From positions 257,480 through 293,273 of the forward strand of contig PDIP01000043.1 in the NCBI GenBank assembly GCA_002811645.1: 35,794 nt of DNA, given 5' to 3'. A program made the translations under genes and the position numbers. The DNA is from Corallochytrium limacisporum Hawaii. Taxonomy: Eukaryota > Protista > Pluriformea. Below, in pieces: positions 1-8,975 of this stretch (position 1 is the stretch's first letter; every line of letters begins with the position of its first letter). A model generated the notes under the pieces. The model was not told the DNA's origin. It did no database searches and worked only from the letters and a program-made list of their open reading frames with translations.

Positions 1-222
1 TGGTTCAAGTCATGGTGGTAATAGATGCTCATATTTAATTTTTTTGTACGACTACGATGTGTTCAATGTCAAGCCAAAGTCAAAATAGTCCATTTTTGAG
101 AGTAGCAGGGACTCTTCGTTTGAATCAGCTATTGAAATATTTTTTTATGATTGTTAAAAAGAGCAAAATATAATGAAATAGAATACAATCAATATAAATT
201 ATTATACAATCAAGATTGAAAA

Positions 223-349
223 AGATCCTCGGGAGTCAAGTTTTTCGGAGTTTTGACCCTGACATACCAGACAGAGGGTGGTACACGACAAGGATCTGTG
301 TCTGGTTCTATGGACAGGTGGACCTGGACCCTGGTTCCATGTCTGTCCA
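223..349 (+). other. Three consecutive hairpins with a possible pseudoknot
   Basis: Hairpin 229-262 with a UUCG loop, 266-273/299-306 (8 bp), hairpin 311-349, and 223-229/291-297 (7 bp). Confidence 0.35.
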
Positions 350-470
350 GCACCATACGAGAAGGTACAAGTCAAAATATACGACAGTGATTTGCAAATA
401 AACCCCATCGTATCGATGAACCACTTCATAGTAGCCGCCGCTTTGTACATATCATTCTTAGATCAATACC

Positions 471-1049
471 ATGCTAGTTACTGCGGCAAGGCAAGTGGCC
501 CAGCGGAGATTTGCGATTCAACGACTGACAGCAACAACAGCGGCTCTCAAGACCAGATCAATGTCCTCTCATGCGCATGAGCCCACTGAGGCTGGAGATT
601 TTGGATGGTGGTGCGACCTACCAACCCGCTGGATGGACAATGATATTTATGGTCATGTCAACAATGTTGTATACTACTCATACTTTGACACCATTGTCAA
701 CCGCTACTTGATCCAAGAAGGTGGCCTAGATATTCAAGAAGGTAAAATCATTGGTGTTTGTGTAGAGAGCGGATGCAAGTACAAAAGCTCCGTAGAGTTC
801 CCGGATGTGCTGAAAGGTGGCCTTCGCATTCGTAAACTCGGGAATTCAAGCGTAACCTACGAGTGCGGTATTTTCAAAACGACTCCGGACGGTAAGGTAC
901 CATTACCAGATCAGAAAGCAGCCGCATACGGACACTTTACTCATGTATTTGTGGATCGCCCAACTATGAAGCCCGTGTCAATCCCTGATAACATTCGCGC
1001 CGCTCTGGAGAAAGTCAGGCACTCGGGAGCACCAAAGGCGAAGCATTGA
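471..1049 (+). CDS. Acyl-CoA thioesterase, 4HBT/YbgC hot-dog fold, with putative mitochondrial presequence
   Basis: Motif TRWMDNDIYGHVNNVVYYSYFD and C-terminal HVFVDR. The N-terminal ~30 aa are Arg/Ala/Thr-rich and lack acidic residues (MLVTAARQVAQRRFAIQRL), as expected for a presequence. Confidence 0.85.
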   Translation: MLVTAARQVAQRRFAIQRLTATTAALKTRSMSSHAHEPTEAGDFGWWCDLPTRWMDNDIYGHVNNVVYYSYFDTIVNRYLIQEGGLDIQEGKIIGVCVESGCKYKSSVEFPDVLKGGLRIRKLGNSSVTYECGIFKTTPDGKVPLPDQKAAAYGHFTHVFVDRPTMKPVSIPDNIRAALEKVRHSGAPKAKH

Positions 1050-1122
1050 TTGTGTTGCCACAAGTTACGACTGTAATTTACTTCATTACACTCAAGTATG
1101 GCTATATATTTAAAGAAGTTCA

Positions 1123-2610
1123 TTAGGCAGACGGTCCGCACATCTTTTCCGGGCGCACCCACTCGTTGAACTGCTCCTCCGTCAGGCCATTCTCCAGAGC
1201 ACTCTCTTTCAGAGTGAGCTTCTTGTGGTGGGCGTTCTTGGCAATCTTGGCCGCCTTATCGTAGCCAATGTGTCGGTTCAGTGCAGTAACAAGCATGAGG
1301 CTATCGTTAAGAAGCTTGTTAATCTTTTCACTATCCGGCTCGATGCCCTCAGCGCAGAATACTCGGAAGTTCTTCATGCCGTCTCCTAGGCAGCGGATGG
1401 ACTGCAGGACGGCATCAATCATAACCGGCTTGTAGACATTAAGCTGGAAGTTGCCATTCATACCACCAACGTTTACAGTGACATCATTGCCCATGACTCG
1501 AGCGCAGCACATTGTTAATGCCTCGCACTGGGTAGGGTTCACCTTGCCAGGCATAATTGAGCTACCTGGCTCGTTTTCAGGAATGGTGATCTCACCAATA
1601 CCACAGCGAGGGCCAGATGCAGCCCATCTGACGTCGTTTGCAATCTTGGTGAGGGACGCGGCCAACATCTTGAACGCTCCGTGAAGTTCCACAAGGCCGT
1701 CATGGGCAGCGAGAGCCTCGAACTTATTCGGAGCACTTACGAAGGCGACTCCAGTTGCCGCCGCAATTCGTTTAGCTGCCTTCTCCGCGAACTGTGGGTG
1801 CGCATTGAGGCCTGTACCTACCGCAGTTCCACCGAGGGCAAGCTCCTGGACATGTGGCAAGCTGTTCATGATAGCGCGCTCTGCATATCCCAGTTGGGCC
1901 ACATATGCTGAGTACTCTTGGCTCAGGGTCAGAGGCACAGCATCCTGTAAATGGGTACGACCGATCTTCACGATACCCTCAAACTCATTTACCTTCTTGC
2001 CAAAGCACTCACGCAAGGCACGGAGCTCGGGGAGTAGACGGTTGATGGTCTCTTCGGCAGCGGCAATATGCATCGCAGTAGGGAACGTGTCGTTGCTGCT
2101 TTGTCCGCGGTTGACATGGTCGTTCGGATGAACAGGATCCTTGCTGCCCTTCACACCTCCTGCAATTTCAATGGCACGATTGCTAATGACTTCGTTGCTG
2201 TTCATGTTGCTCTGGGTGCCAGAACCGGTTTGCCACACAAAGAGGGGGAAATGGGCATCGAGTTTACCTGCGATCACTTCGTCTGCAGCCTTCTCAATCA
2301 GATCCGCCTTATCCTGAGGTAGCTCACCCAGTTCCGCGTTGGTCTGTGCTGCAGCCTTCTTCAGGATGCCCATGGCTCTGATGATGGCACGTGGCATGCG
2401 TTCGGTACTAATTGAGAAGTGATGCAGGGACCTCTGGGTCTGCGCTCCCCAGTAGGCCTCATCTGGGACTTCAATCTCACCCATGGTATCCTTCTCAGTG
2501 CGCATATTGGTGCTGCTGCTGCTGATGTAAGCCGTCATCTTGATGCTTTCACTTCTGATGGGACGCCAGCCGGGGGCAGTGGATCTAACACAGCGAGCTA
2601 GTGCAAGCAT
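1123..2610 (-). CDS. fumC: Class II fumarate hydratase (FumC type) with N-terminal presequence
   Basis: Fumarate lyase signature [10 protein letters not shown], plus WQTGSGT, HPNDHVN and GRTHLQDA. First ATG is at 2610 (the ORF track starts at a GTG at 2616). Further in-frame ATGs at 2538 and 2505. Confidence 0.97.
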   Translation of the reverse strand: MLALARCVRSTAPGWRPIRSESIKMTAYISSSSTNMRTEKDTMGEIEVPDEAYWGAQTQRSLHHFSISTERMPRAIIRAMGILKKAAAQTNAELGELPQDKADLIEKAADEVIAGKLDAHFPLFVWQTGSGTQSNMNSNEVISNRAIEIAGGVKGSKDPVHPNDHVNRGQSSNDTFPTAMHIAAAEETINRLLPELRALRECFGKKVNEFEGIVKIGRTHLQDAVPLTLSQEYSAYVAQLGYAERAIMNSLPHVQELALGGTAVGTGLNAHPQFAEKAAKRIAAATGVAFVSAPNKFEALAAHDGLVELHGAFKMLAASLTKIANDVRWAASGPRCGIGEITIPENEPGSSIMPGKVNPTQCEALTMCCARVMGNDVTVNVGGMNGNFQLNVYKPVMIDAVLQSIRCLGDGMKNFRVFCAEGIEPDSEKINKLLNDSLMLVTALNRHIGYDKAAKIAKNAHHKKLTLKESALENGLTEEQFNEWVRPEKMCGPSA

Positions 2611-3429
2611 AACCACAATTGTTTATCAGGTCGAAGATGTTTCTTCAGGACCACACTAGCACTAGAAGACCTACATACCTTTGTAATCCATGCGTCCCTT
2701 TTGGTAGTTTGACATCGTTCAAAAGCTGCAAACTCGTTATTTGCCCGTTGTTACGCAAGCTGGATCTCCTGATTGAACAGTATTTAGATGTTGTGGTGTA
2801 TCATATGGTGTGTGTCATTTCGTGTTGTCCCTGATCCCCAGGATAGTTTGTCAGTTATTATCACATCGAGGATACATTCGCTGAGTAGACGAGTCGCGGT
2901 GTTGTGCAACAGTCCAAACAGCAGATGAATTATCGGCCCGGTATTATTCGGCAAAACAACGGACACGGCTGGGAGCGGGTAGTTTTTAGCTTGCGCTGTG
3001 GGAAATGAGTGGTACACAGCAACACATCATCCCCACAAGGGCGAGGGAGGTTTTGGAGAATTTACGGGGCAACGGATGGGAATTGAGCCCTGGGGAGAGG
3101 GAGGGACGAAGAATGCGAAAAGCCACTGTCCTCTTGGTTGCGTTCTCTTGGGCACCTTTACGCAAAAACTGGCACTCAGGTCACAAATCAGGAGGGTCCG
3201 AACACGGTCACTGGGCTGTACACCAGACACCGAAGCATCTTAGAGCAGGTTGCGTGGGCCGGATGACTTGAGTCATGTCGGGCGGTGTATTGGCGGGATG
3301 ACGTTGAGTGAGTGGCAAAAGGAAGCATGTATTGTGATGGTACGAAGGGACTCGTAGATGAGCCGTAAACACAAAGTTTCTTTGCTCTTCGTTCAATGCG
3401 ATCTGAATTGAGACATGGGGACTTAAAGT

Positions 3430-4095
3430 ATGGTACAGAGCTTTAACAGTGCAGGTATTGCACTTGCGCTGCGGGCAGTTTTCAGTGAAGGTGTACGGCA
3501 GCAGTTGAAGCCCCATGCATGGGTGAGAGATATTTCTGCGATAAACTTCCCTGCCGTTCGAAAGGAGCTTGGCATCAAAGCTGCGATCTTCGACAAGGAC
3601 AACACCTTGACTCAACCATACGCCCATACTCTTGCTGCGAATCTTGAGGAAGCATGGGACAAAGCGAAAACCGTGTTTCCAGGACGAGTTTATATCCTCT
3701 CTAATTCAACAGGCTCAAATGATCGGAAATTCCGAAAAGAAGCTGAAGTCATTGAGAAGTCTCTCGGTTGTAAAGTTCTTGTGCACAGACCCAAGAAGCC
3801 TGCGGGCGGGCAAGAAATTTGTGAACGTTTAGGCCTCAAAGGTAGTGAAATCATGGTGGTTGGTGATCGAGTTCTGACGGACGTAGCTTTTGGACGATCG
3901 ATAGGCGCCCTTACTGTTTTGGTGGATATCATCACACGCGAGAACGACAACAGCGCTGCCAGGTTTGCGCGCGACTGGGAGTTGTGGTGGCTGAGACGTA
4001 ATCTAGAGTTTCGGGGGGATGAACGAGTCGATGAGCTAATCCAAAGGCGGAGTAGAAATCATTTCTTTAATCGTAATAGAATGCAATATGTATGA
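3430..4095 (+). CDS. GEP4: HAD-IIIA phosphatidylglycerophosphate phosphatase (Gep4/YqeG-like)
   Basis: HAD motif I IFDKDNTL, then ILSNSTG, HRPKKP and VVGDRVLTD. The N-terminus MVQSFN is typical of eukaryotic Gep4-like proteins. Confidence 0.85.
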   Translation: MVQSFNSAGIALALRAVFSEGVRQQLKPHAWVRDISAINFPAVRKELGIKAAIFDKDNTLTQPYAHTLAANLEEAWDKAKTVFPGRVYILSNSTGSNDRKFRKEAEVIEKSLGCKVLVHRPKKPAGGQEICERLGLKGSEIMVVGDRVLTDVAFGRSIGALTVLVDIITRENDNSAARFARDWELWWLRRNLEFRGDERVDELIQRRSRNHFFNRNRMQYV

Positions 4096-4132
4096 TAGTA
4101 GTGTTAGCAGTAAACAATTGTCACCGTTTAGG

Positions 4133-6577
4133 CTAGTTTACAACCCCACTTCCTTCGGTTTCGGTATCTTGGATCTCAGGGGAAGCAGTTTCATCCTTTT
4201 CGAACATTAGGATTCGTTCGTCAGCTTCCTTTCTGTTCATCTTGATCTCGCGAAAAGCATTATAAAAGTCCTTGCTGGCCTTGGCATTAAACATGCGACC
4301 CCTCGGTTCACCCTCAGATTCTGTTTCCTCCGGGACTCCTTTTTCTTCTTCCGGCTTGACGTGCCTGCGAGACCGTTGGCTAGGATGGATATGCTTTCTC
4401 GCCTCTTCCTCGTTTACAGGCTTGTTTACTGTGTCAGCCAAGATACGCATCATCTCTCGTTTTTCCTTTGCAGTGGCTCCCCGGGAACGGATTCCATAGT
4501 CGAGATATCGCGTCACTTTGTCCTGAATCAGCTTCGCACGCCGGACATCGGGGAAGTATTCCGGCATCCGGACACTCAACCATAGATATGTGTCCATGAT
4601 CTTGTACGTGATCTCCAGATTGTTGAGTTCATTCAGGTTCTTCGGGGGCGAAATCTTCTCGTACAGTGCCTGACTGATCTTGACCTTCGTGGACTTGCTC
4701 ACGCATTTGGCGATTTCAATCATCTGAGCAGAAGCCACACCACAGTCTGTATCCATGGGTGCGAGACACAGCGTGTAGCGTTCCCGTAACTCCATGTCGA
4801 AGGGTTGAATCATATTGGCAATAAGCTTTTGAGAATTCATCTCGCACAAGAAGAAATCTCCGGACACTTGGGCGGCTGCTTCCATTCGCTCTAGGATGCG
4901 GGCAAGGCTTTCATTGGGCAGAGCCTCATGGCCCATCAGAACTTGCTCATATGTAGGCTGAATACCAGCCCGGAAGATTGGCTCTGGGTCGCGACCCATT
5001 AAATACCTCAGTGTCTTCAGGTCCTTTGACCTGAAAGTAGTTACCTTGCCATCTGGGTACGCTGTACCAAAACGTCCAGCTCTGCCAGCTATCTGCTTTG
5101 TGTCACTCACGCTGAGAACTGTTTGCTCGACTCCATCAAATTTCTCCATTGTGCTGAAGACCACACGACGAATATTCAGATTCAAACCCATTCCAATAGC
5201 ATTTGTTGCCACAACGATATCATAGGTGCCGTCTTGGGAGTTGAAACCCTTGGCCTGAGATGCACGTGTCTCCGATGGAAGTTTGCCGTACACAACAGCA
5301 CATTTGTAATCTGTCTCTTTCTCAATCTTGTCCTTGAACTGATAAATTGACTTCCTGCCGAAACAAATGACAGCGTCGCCCGGGAGAAGCTTTTTGGGAT
5401 CAGCATTGATACTGTTGTCCATGACTGTAAGTCCGGTCAGCCGATCGTACGTCTGAACCTGTACAACATCTCCAGCCATTTCAGCAAGCTTTTCGATAAT
5501 TTTCTGCGCTCTCGGCTCGCCGCAGACGTGTACTTCCTTGGCCTGGACACCCAGAAGAGCTCTAGTCCATGCCCAGCCTCTGTCTGGATCCGCAATCATC
5601 TGGATCTCATCTATCACTGCTACATCATATTCCTGACCAATTGGGGTCATTTCTACAGTGCAAGCAGTGTGGTCTGCAGGAATTTCTGGTCCGTTAACAT
5701 AAACAACTTCCTCTCCAGTAAGCGTATCGCAAGGGACCCCCTTGTCACTGATATTCTCGCTTACTTCTCGGGCCAACAGACGTAGTGGTCCGCAGTAGAT
5801 ACCACGATCAGCTTTTCGAAATGCTTCCAAAGCTCTATACGTCTTACCACTATTTGTTGGGCCCAAATGGCATATTATGGTACGAACTTCCTGCCGAGCC
5901 GCTGGATATGCATTCTGAGGGTTCGTGAGGTCACTAATCAGCTTGAAGTGTTGCACTTCTTCATAGCGCTTGGGATCATACTGCTTGAAATATGCCATCA
6001 GATACTGTAGAAACCGACGACGATGCTTGTCCCTCAGCTTCGGTTCCGTTCTAGAGCTCCCGGACCAATTGTTGACAACAGCAAGGACAGATCTCAGGAC
6101 CCCCTTGTCTACCTTTGGTGCCTTCTGCACACTCCTTATCATAGAAACCAATGTTTCTTTAAATAGTTGGTCATCAAGACCGTGTTCTCGCAAGGCACGT
6201 TTCGTACCTTGGTCTCCAGAGAATCTATTCATGGCAGCCTTGAATACCTTCATCTGATCACTATCGAATGTAGGAAACGGATTCTTCACCAGACCCTCAG
6301 ACCGGGGTCCTTTTCGGCCGGTCTGTCGCACTTTTTCCCCTGCTTCAGTCCTATGGGTCTTGTTTGATGATAATGTAGCAAATCTATGCGGCTGAGTACG
6401 CCCGCCATTACTTTCGTCACCTCTGCTACTCACGGACATGTATCGTACTGACATTCGCTGCATCTGTACTCCTCTTGCAAATGAATGTGCATTTCTCTTA
6501 ATCGGATCCTGATGGACAAGAGTCCTCAGCAGGAGCGGTCTTGCTCCAAAGAGCATTTGTTGGGTTGGCCTAAGCAT
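4133..6577 (-). CDS. SUPV3L1: Mitochondrial ATP-dependent RNA helicase SUV3
   Basis: HLGPTNSGKT (Walker A), YCGPLRLLAREV, IDEIQM, AIGMGLNL, QIAGRAGRFG and YLWLS. First ATG is at 6577, followed by an Arg-rich presequence-like N-terminus. Confidence 0.96.
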   Translation of the reverse strand: MLRPTQQMLFGARPLLLRTLVHQDPIKRNAHSFARGVQMQRMSVRYMSVSSRGDESNGGRTQPHRFATLSSNKTHRTEAGEKVRQTGRKGPRSEGLVKNPFPTFDSDQMKVFKAAMNRFSGDQGTKRALREHGLDDQLFKETLVSMIRSVQKAPKVDKGVLRSVLAVVNNWSGSSRTEPKLRDKHRRRFLQYLMAYFKQYDPKRYEEVQHFKLISDLTNPQNAYPAARQEVRTIICHLGPTNSGKTYRALEAFRKADRGIYCGPLRLLAREVSENISDKGVPCDTLTGEEVVYVNGPEIPADHTACTVEMTPIGQEYDVAVIDEIQMIADPDRGWAWTRALLGVQAKEVHVCGEPRAQKIIEKLAEMAGDVVQVQTYDRLTGLTVMDNSINADPKKLLPGDAVICFGRKSIYQFKDKIEKETDYKCAVVYGKLPSETRASQAKGFNSQDGTYDIVVATNAIGMGLNLNIRRVVFSTMEKFDGVEQTVLSVSDTKQIAGRAGRFGTAYPDGKVTTFRSKDLKTLRYLMGRDPEPIFRAGIQPTYEQVLMGHEALPNESLARILERMEAAAQVSGDFFLCEMNSQKLIANMIQPFDMELRERYTLCLAPMDTDCGVASAQMIEIAKCVSKSTKVKISQALYEKISPPKNLNELNNLEITYKIMDTYLWLSVRMPEYFPDVRRAKLIQDKVTRYLDYGIRSRGATAKEKREMMRILADTVNKPVNEEEARKHIHPSQRSRRHVKPEEEKGVPEETESEGEPRGRMFNAKASKDFYNAFREIKMNRKEADERILMFEKDETASPEIQDTETEGSGVVN

Positions 6578-7227
6578 GGCTATTCTTGTGCATATTCTGT
6601 TCAATGACTCTGTCACTATCTAGCGTACCATACATCATGATCAACTCGCGTTCGACAGAGTCCCTTTGATCACAAATCGTTTACTAGTCAACCGATCCAA
6701 ACTAGTCCTATTTCATTTGCAAAAGAGGTATACACCCCATAAATTCATGCGCCCTTGTCCAAAATACCTTGCAGCAGAGTTATGTATATAAATGTGGCCT
6801 CCCTGCTCACTGTGAGTTATAGTACCCGTGCAAGGGGTTGATTGTGTGGGTCCACGCGAGCGAGACACATCGCGACCGGTCAGAGGGACGGAGGGCAGGC
6901 AAAGGTGGGTGCGTGTGCGCAGGGACTGGTAGTGAAAGTACTGGCCGGAGCTATGGGCGGAGTGGCCAGCGAGCAGCTGGCTGTGTGGCGGGCTACGAAA
7001 GTGGGTGGGTCTGCAATCAAATTGAACGCAGAGTCGGGACTTCGGAGTTCAAGTCTGCGGGGTGACCAGGTATTTCACCCGGAAAAGGCTTCCCCTGTAC
7101 GGCCTTGATGAAGTGTACGAGTAAGTGAACGAAGAAACTGATGATCCCTTTGTTTTGAACAGCATGATGTAGATTAAAATTTGGAACGTAAACGTTTCGA
7201 AACCGAAGAGCAGTCCGTAACTCAACT

Positions 7228-8949
7228 ATGGGACGTGGGGGACAGACTGAAGGCAGTCGTGCGACGACTGCACACAACGCACAAGGCCAGGCCAGTAAGG
7301 TAAGTGAGGGCGATACCATGGTTAAAGTAGTGGCTGAGATTGTTCATGAACTTGTTAGTGCTCATAAGAAGGGCAGGGATCTAAACTTAAATGCGCTCAA
7401 AACGAGAATCGCAAGGAACCACAGGCTTAGTGTCACTCCAAAATTGGTGGATATCATTGCTGCTGTTCCAGAGGAATACAAGGATGCCCTTCTTCCCAAG
7501 CTAAAGGCAAAGCCTATTCGTACAGCATCAGGAATCGCGGTTGTCGCTCTGATGTGTAAGCCGCACCGGTGTCCCCATATTGCAATGACAGGAAACATTT
7601 GTGTGTACTGCCCTGGAGGACCGGACTCAGACTTTGAGTACTCCACACAGTCCTACACCGGTTATGAACCCACTTCGATGCGTGCCATTCGTGCTAGGTA
7701 CCACCCATATCTGCAAGCCCGGAACCGTGTTGACCAGCTAGCCCGCCTGGGACATAGCGTTGACAAAGTGGAGTATATAATCATGGGCGGCACATTCATG
7801 GCGCTGCCAGAGGAATACCGTGATTGGTTTGTCCAGAATATGCACGATGCCCTCAGTGGACACACTTCAAACAGTGTAGATGAGGCTGTCCGATACAGTG
7901 AACGCTCGAAGGCAAAGTGTGTTGGTATTACGATCGAGACCCGTCCTGATTACTGCCTCAAGCCGCACTTGACCGCAATGTTAAAGTACGGTTGCACACG
8001 CCTTGAGATAGGTGTACAGAGTGTGTACGAGGACATTGCAAGGGACACAAACCGTGGCCACACTGTTCGTGCAGTCACAGAATGCTTCCACTTGGCGAAG
8101 GATGCGGGATACAAAGTCGTTGCGCACATGATGCCTGATCTGCCAAATGCTGGTCTCGAACGGGATCTCTTTGGCTTTCTGGAATACTTTGAGAATCCTG
8201 CTTTTCGTAGCGACGGTCTAAAAATCTATCCAACTTTAGTCATTCGTGGCACTGGCTTGTACGAACTTTGGAAGACTGGGCGGTACCGCTCCTACCCACC
8301 AAATGTTCTGGTTGACCTCGTGGCAAAGATCCTGGCGTTGGTGCCACCATGGACTCGTGTCTATCGCGTACAGCGTGATATTCCAATGCCTTTGGTTACT
8401 AGTGGTGTAGAATATGGTAATCTCCGGGAATTGGCCCTCGCGCGTGTTAAGGACTTTGGCATGCAATGCCGTGATGTGCGCACCCGCGAAGTTGGCATCC
8501 AGGAGATCCATCATAAAGTGAGACCCTACAGTGTTGAGTTGATTCGCCGTGATTACTACGGCAATGGTGGCTGGGAAACCTTCCTAAGCTATGAAGATCC
8601 TGAACAGGGCATTCTCATCGGTTTGCTCCGCCTGCGCAAGTGCTCAGAGGCGACATTCAGGCCAGAACTCAAGGATCGCTGTAGTATTGTTCGCGAACTG
8701 CATGTCTATGGCTCTGTGGTGCCCATCAGTAGCCGCGATCCCACAAAATTTCAACATCAAGGCTTTGGTATCCTGCTCATGGAGGAAGCAGAGCGCATCA
8801 CCGTCGAGGAACATGGCAATGTAAAACTGGCCGTCATCTCCGGCGTCGGCACTCGGGGTTACTACCGCAAGCTTGGCTATGAACTCGAGGGCCCGTACAT
8901 GGTCAAACACGTTGCTGCGGACGACCAAGACTTTGACGATGATTACTAA
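7228..8949 (+). CDS. ELP3: Elongator catalytic subunit ELP3 (radical SAM + KAT)
   Basis: [17 protein letters not shown] (Fe-S cysteines), [16 protein letters not shown] and FQHQGFG. Very highly conserved over the full length. Confidence 0.98.
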   Translation: MGRGGQTEGSRATTAHNAQGQASKVSEGDTMVKVVAEIVHELVSAHKKGRDLNLNALKTRIARNHRLSVTPKLVDIIAAVPEEYKDALLPKLKAKPIRTASGIAVVALMCKPHRCPHIAMTGNICVYCPGGPDSDFEYSTQSYTGYEPTSMRAIRARYHPYLQARNRVDQLARLGHSVDKVEYIIMGGTFMALPEEYRDWFVQNMHDALSGHTSNSVDEAVRYSERSKAKCVGITIETRPDYCLKPHLTAMLKYGCTRLEIGVQSVYEDIARDTNRGHTVRAVTECFHLAKDAGYKVVAHMMPDLPNAGLERDLFGFLEYFENPAFRSDGLKIYPTLVIRGTGLYELWKTGRYRSYPPNVLVDLVAKILALVPPWTRVYRVQRDIPMPLVTSGVEYGNLRELALARVKDFGMQCRDVRTREVGIQEIHHKVRPYSVELIRRDYYGNGGWETFLSYEDPEQGILIGLLRLRKCSEATFRPELKDRCSIVRELHVYGSVVPISSRDPTKFQHQGFGILLMEEAERITVEEHGNVKLAVISGVGTRGYYRKLGYELEGPYMVKHVAADDQDFDDDY

Positions 8950-8975
8950 GCGACAGTTCAATTGACCATATAACT

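Noticed and set aside
2-12. GGTTCAAGTC resembling a tRNA T-loop/B box
   Set aside because: The T-stem cannot be extended beyond one pair, and the motif is truncated by the window edge.
6578-6640. Multiple upstream ATGs before SUV3
   Set aside because: Upstream ATGs are common in these AT-rich proximal regions and probably lie 5' of the TSS. They are uninformative without TSS data.
7298-7305. Perfect AG|GTAAGT donor inside the ELP3 ORF
   Set aside because: The frame is open and conserved ELP3 sequence follows shortly, so no intron is needed.
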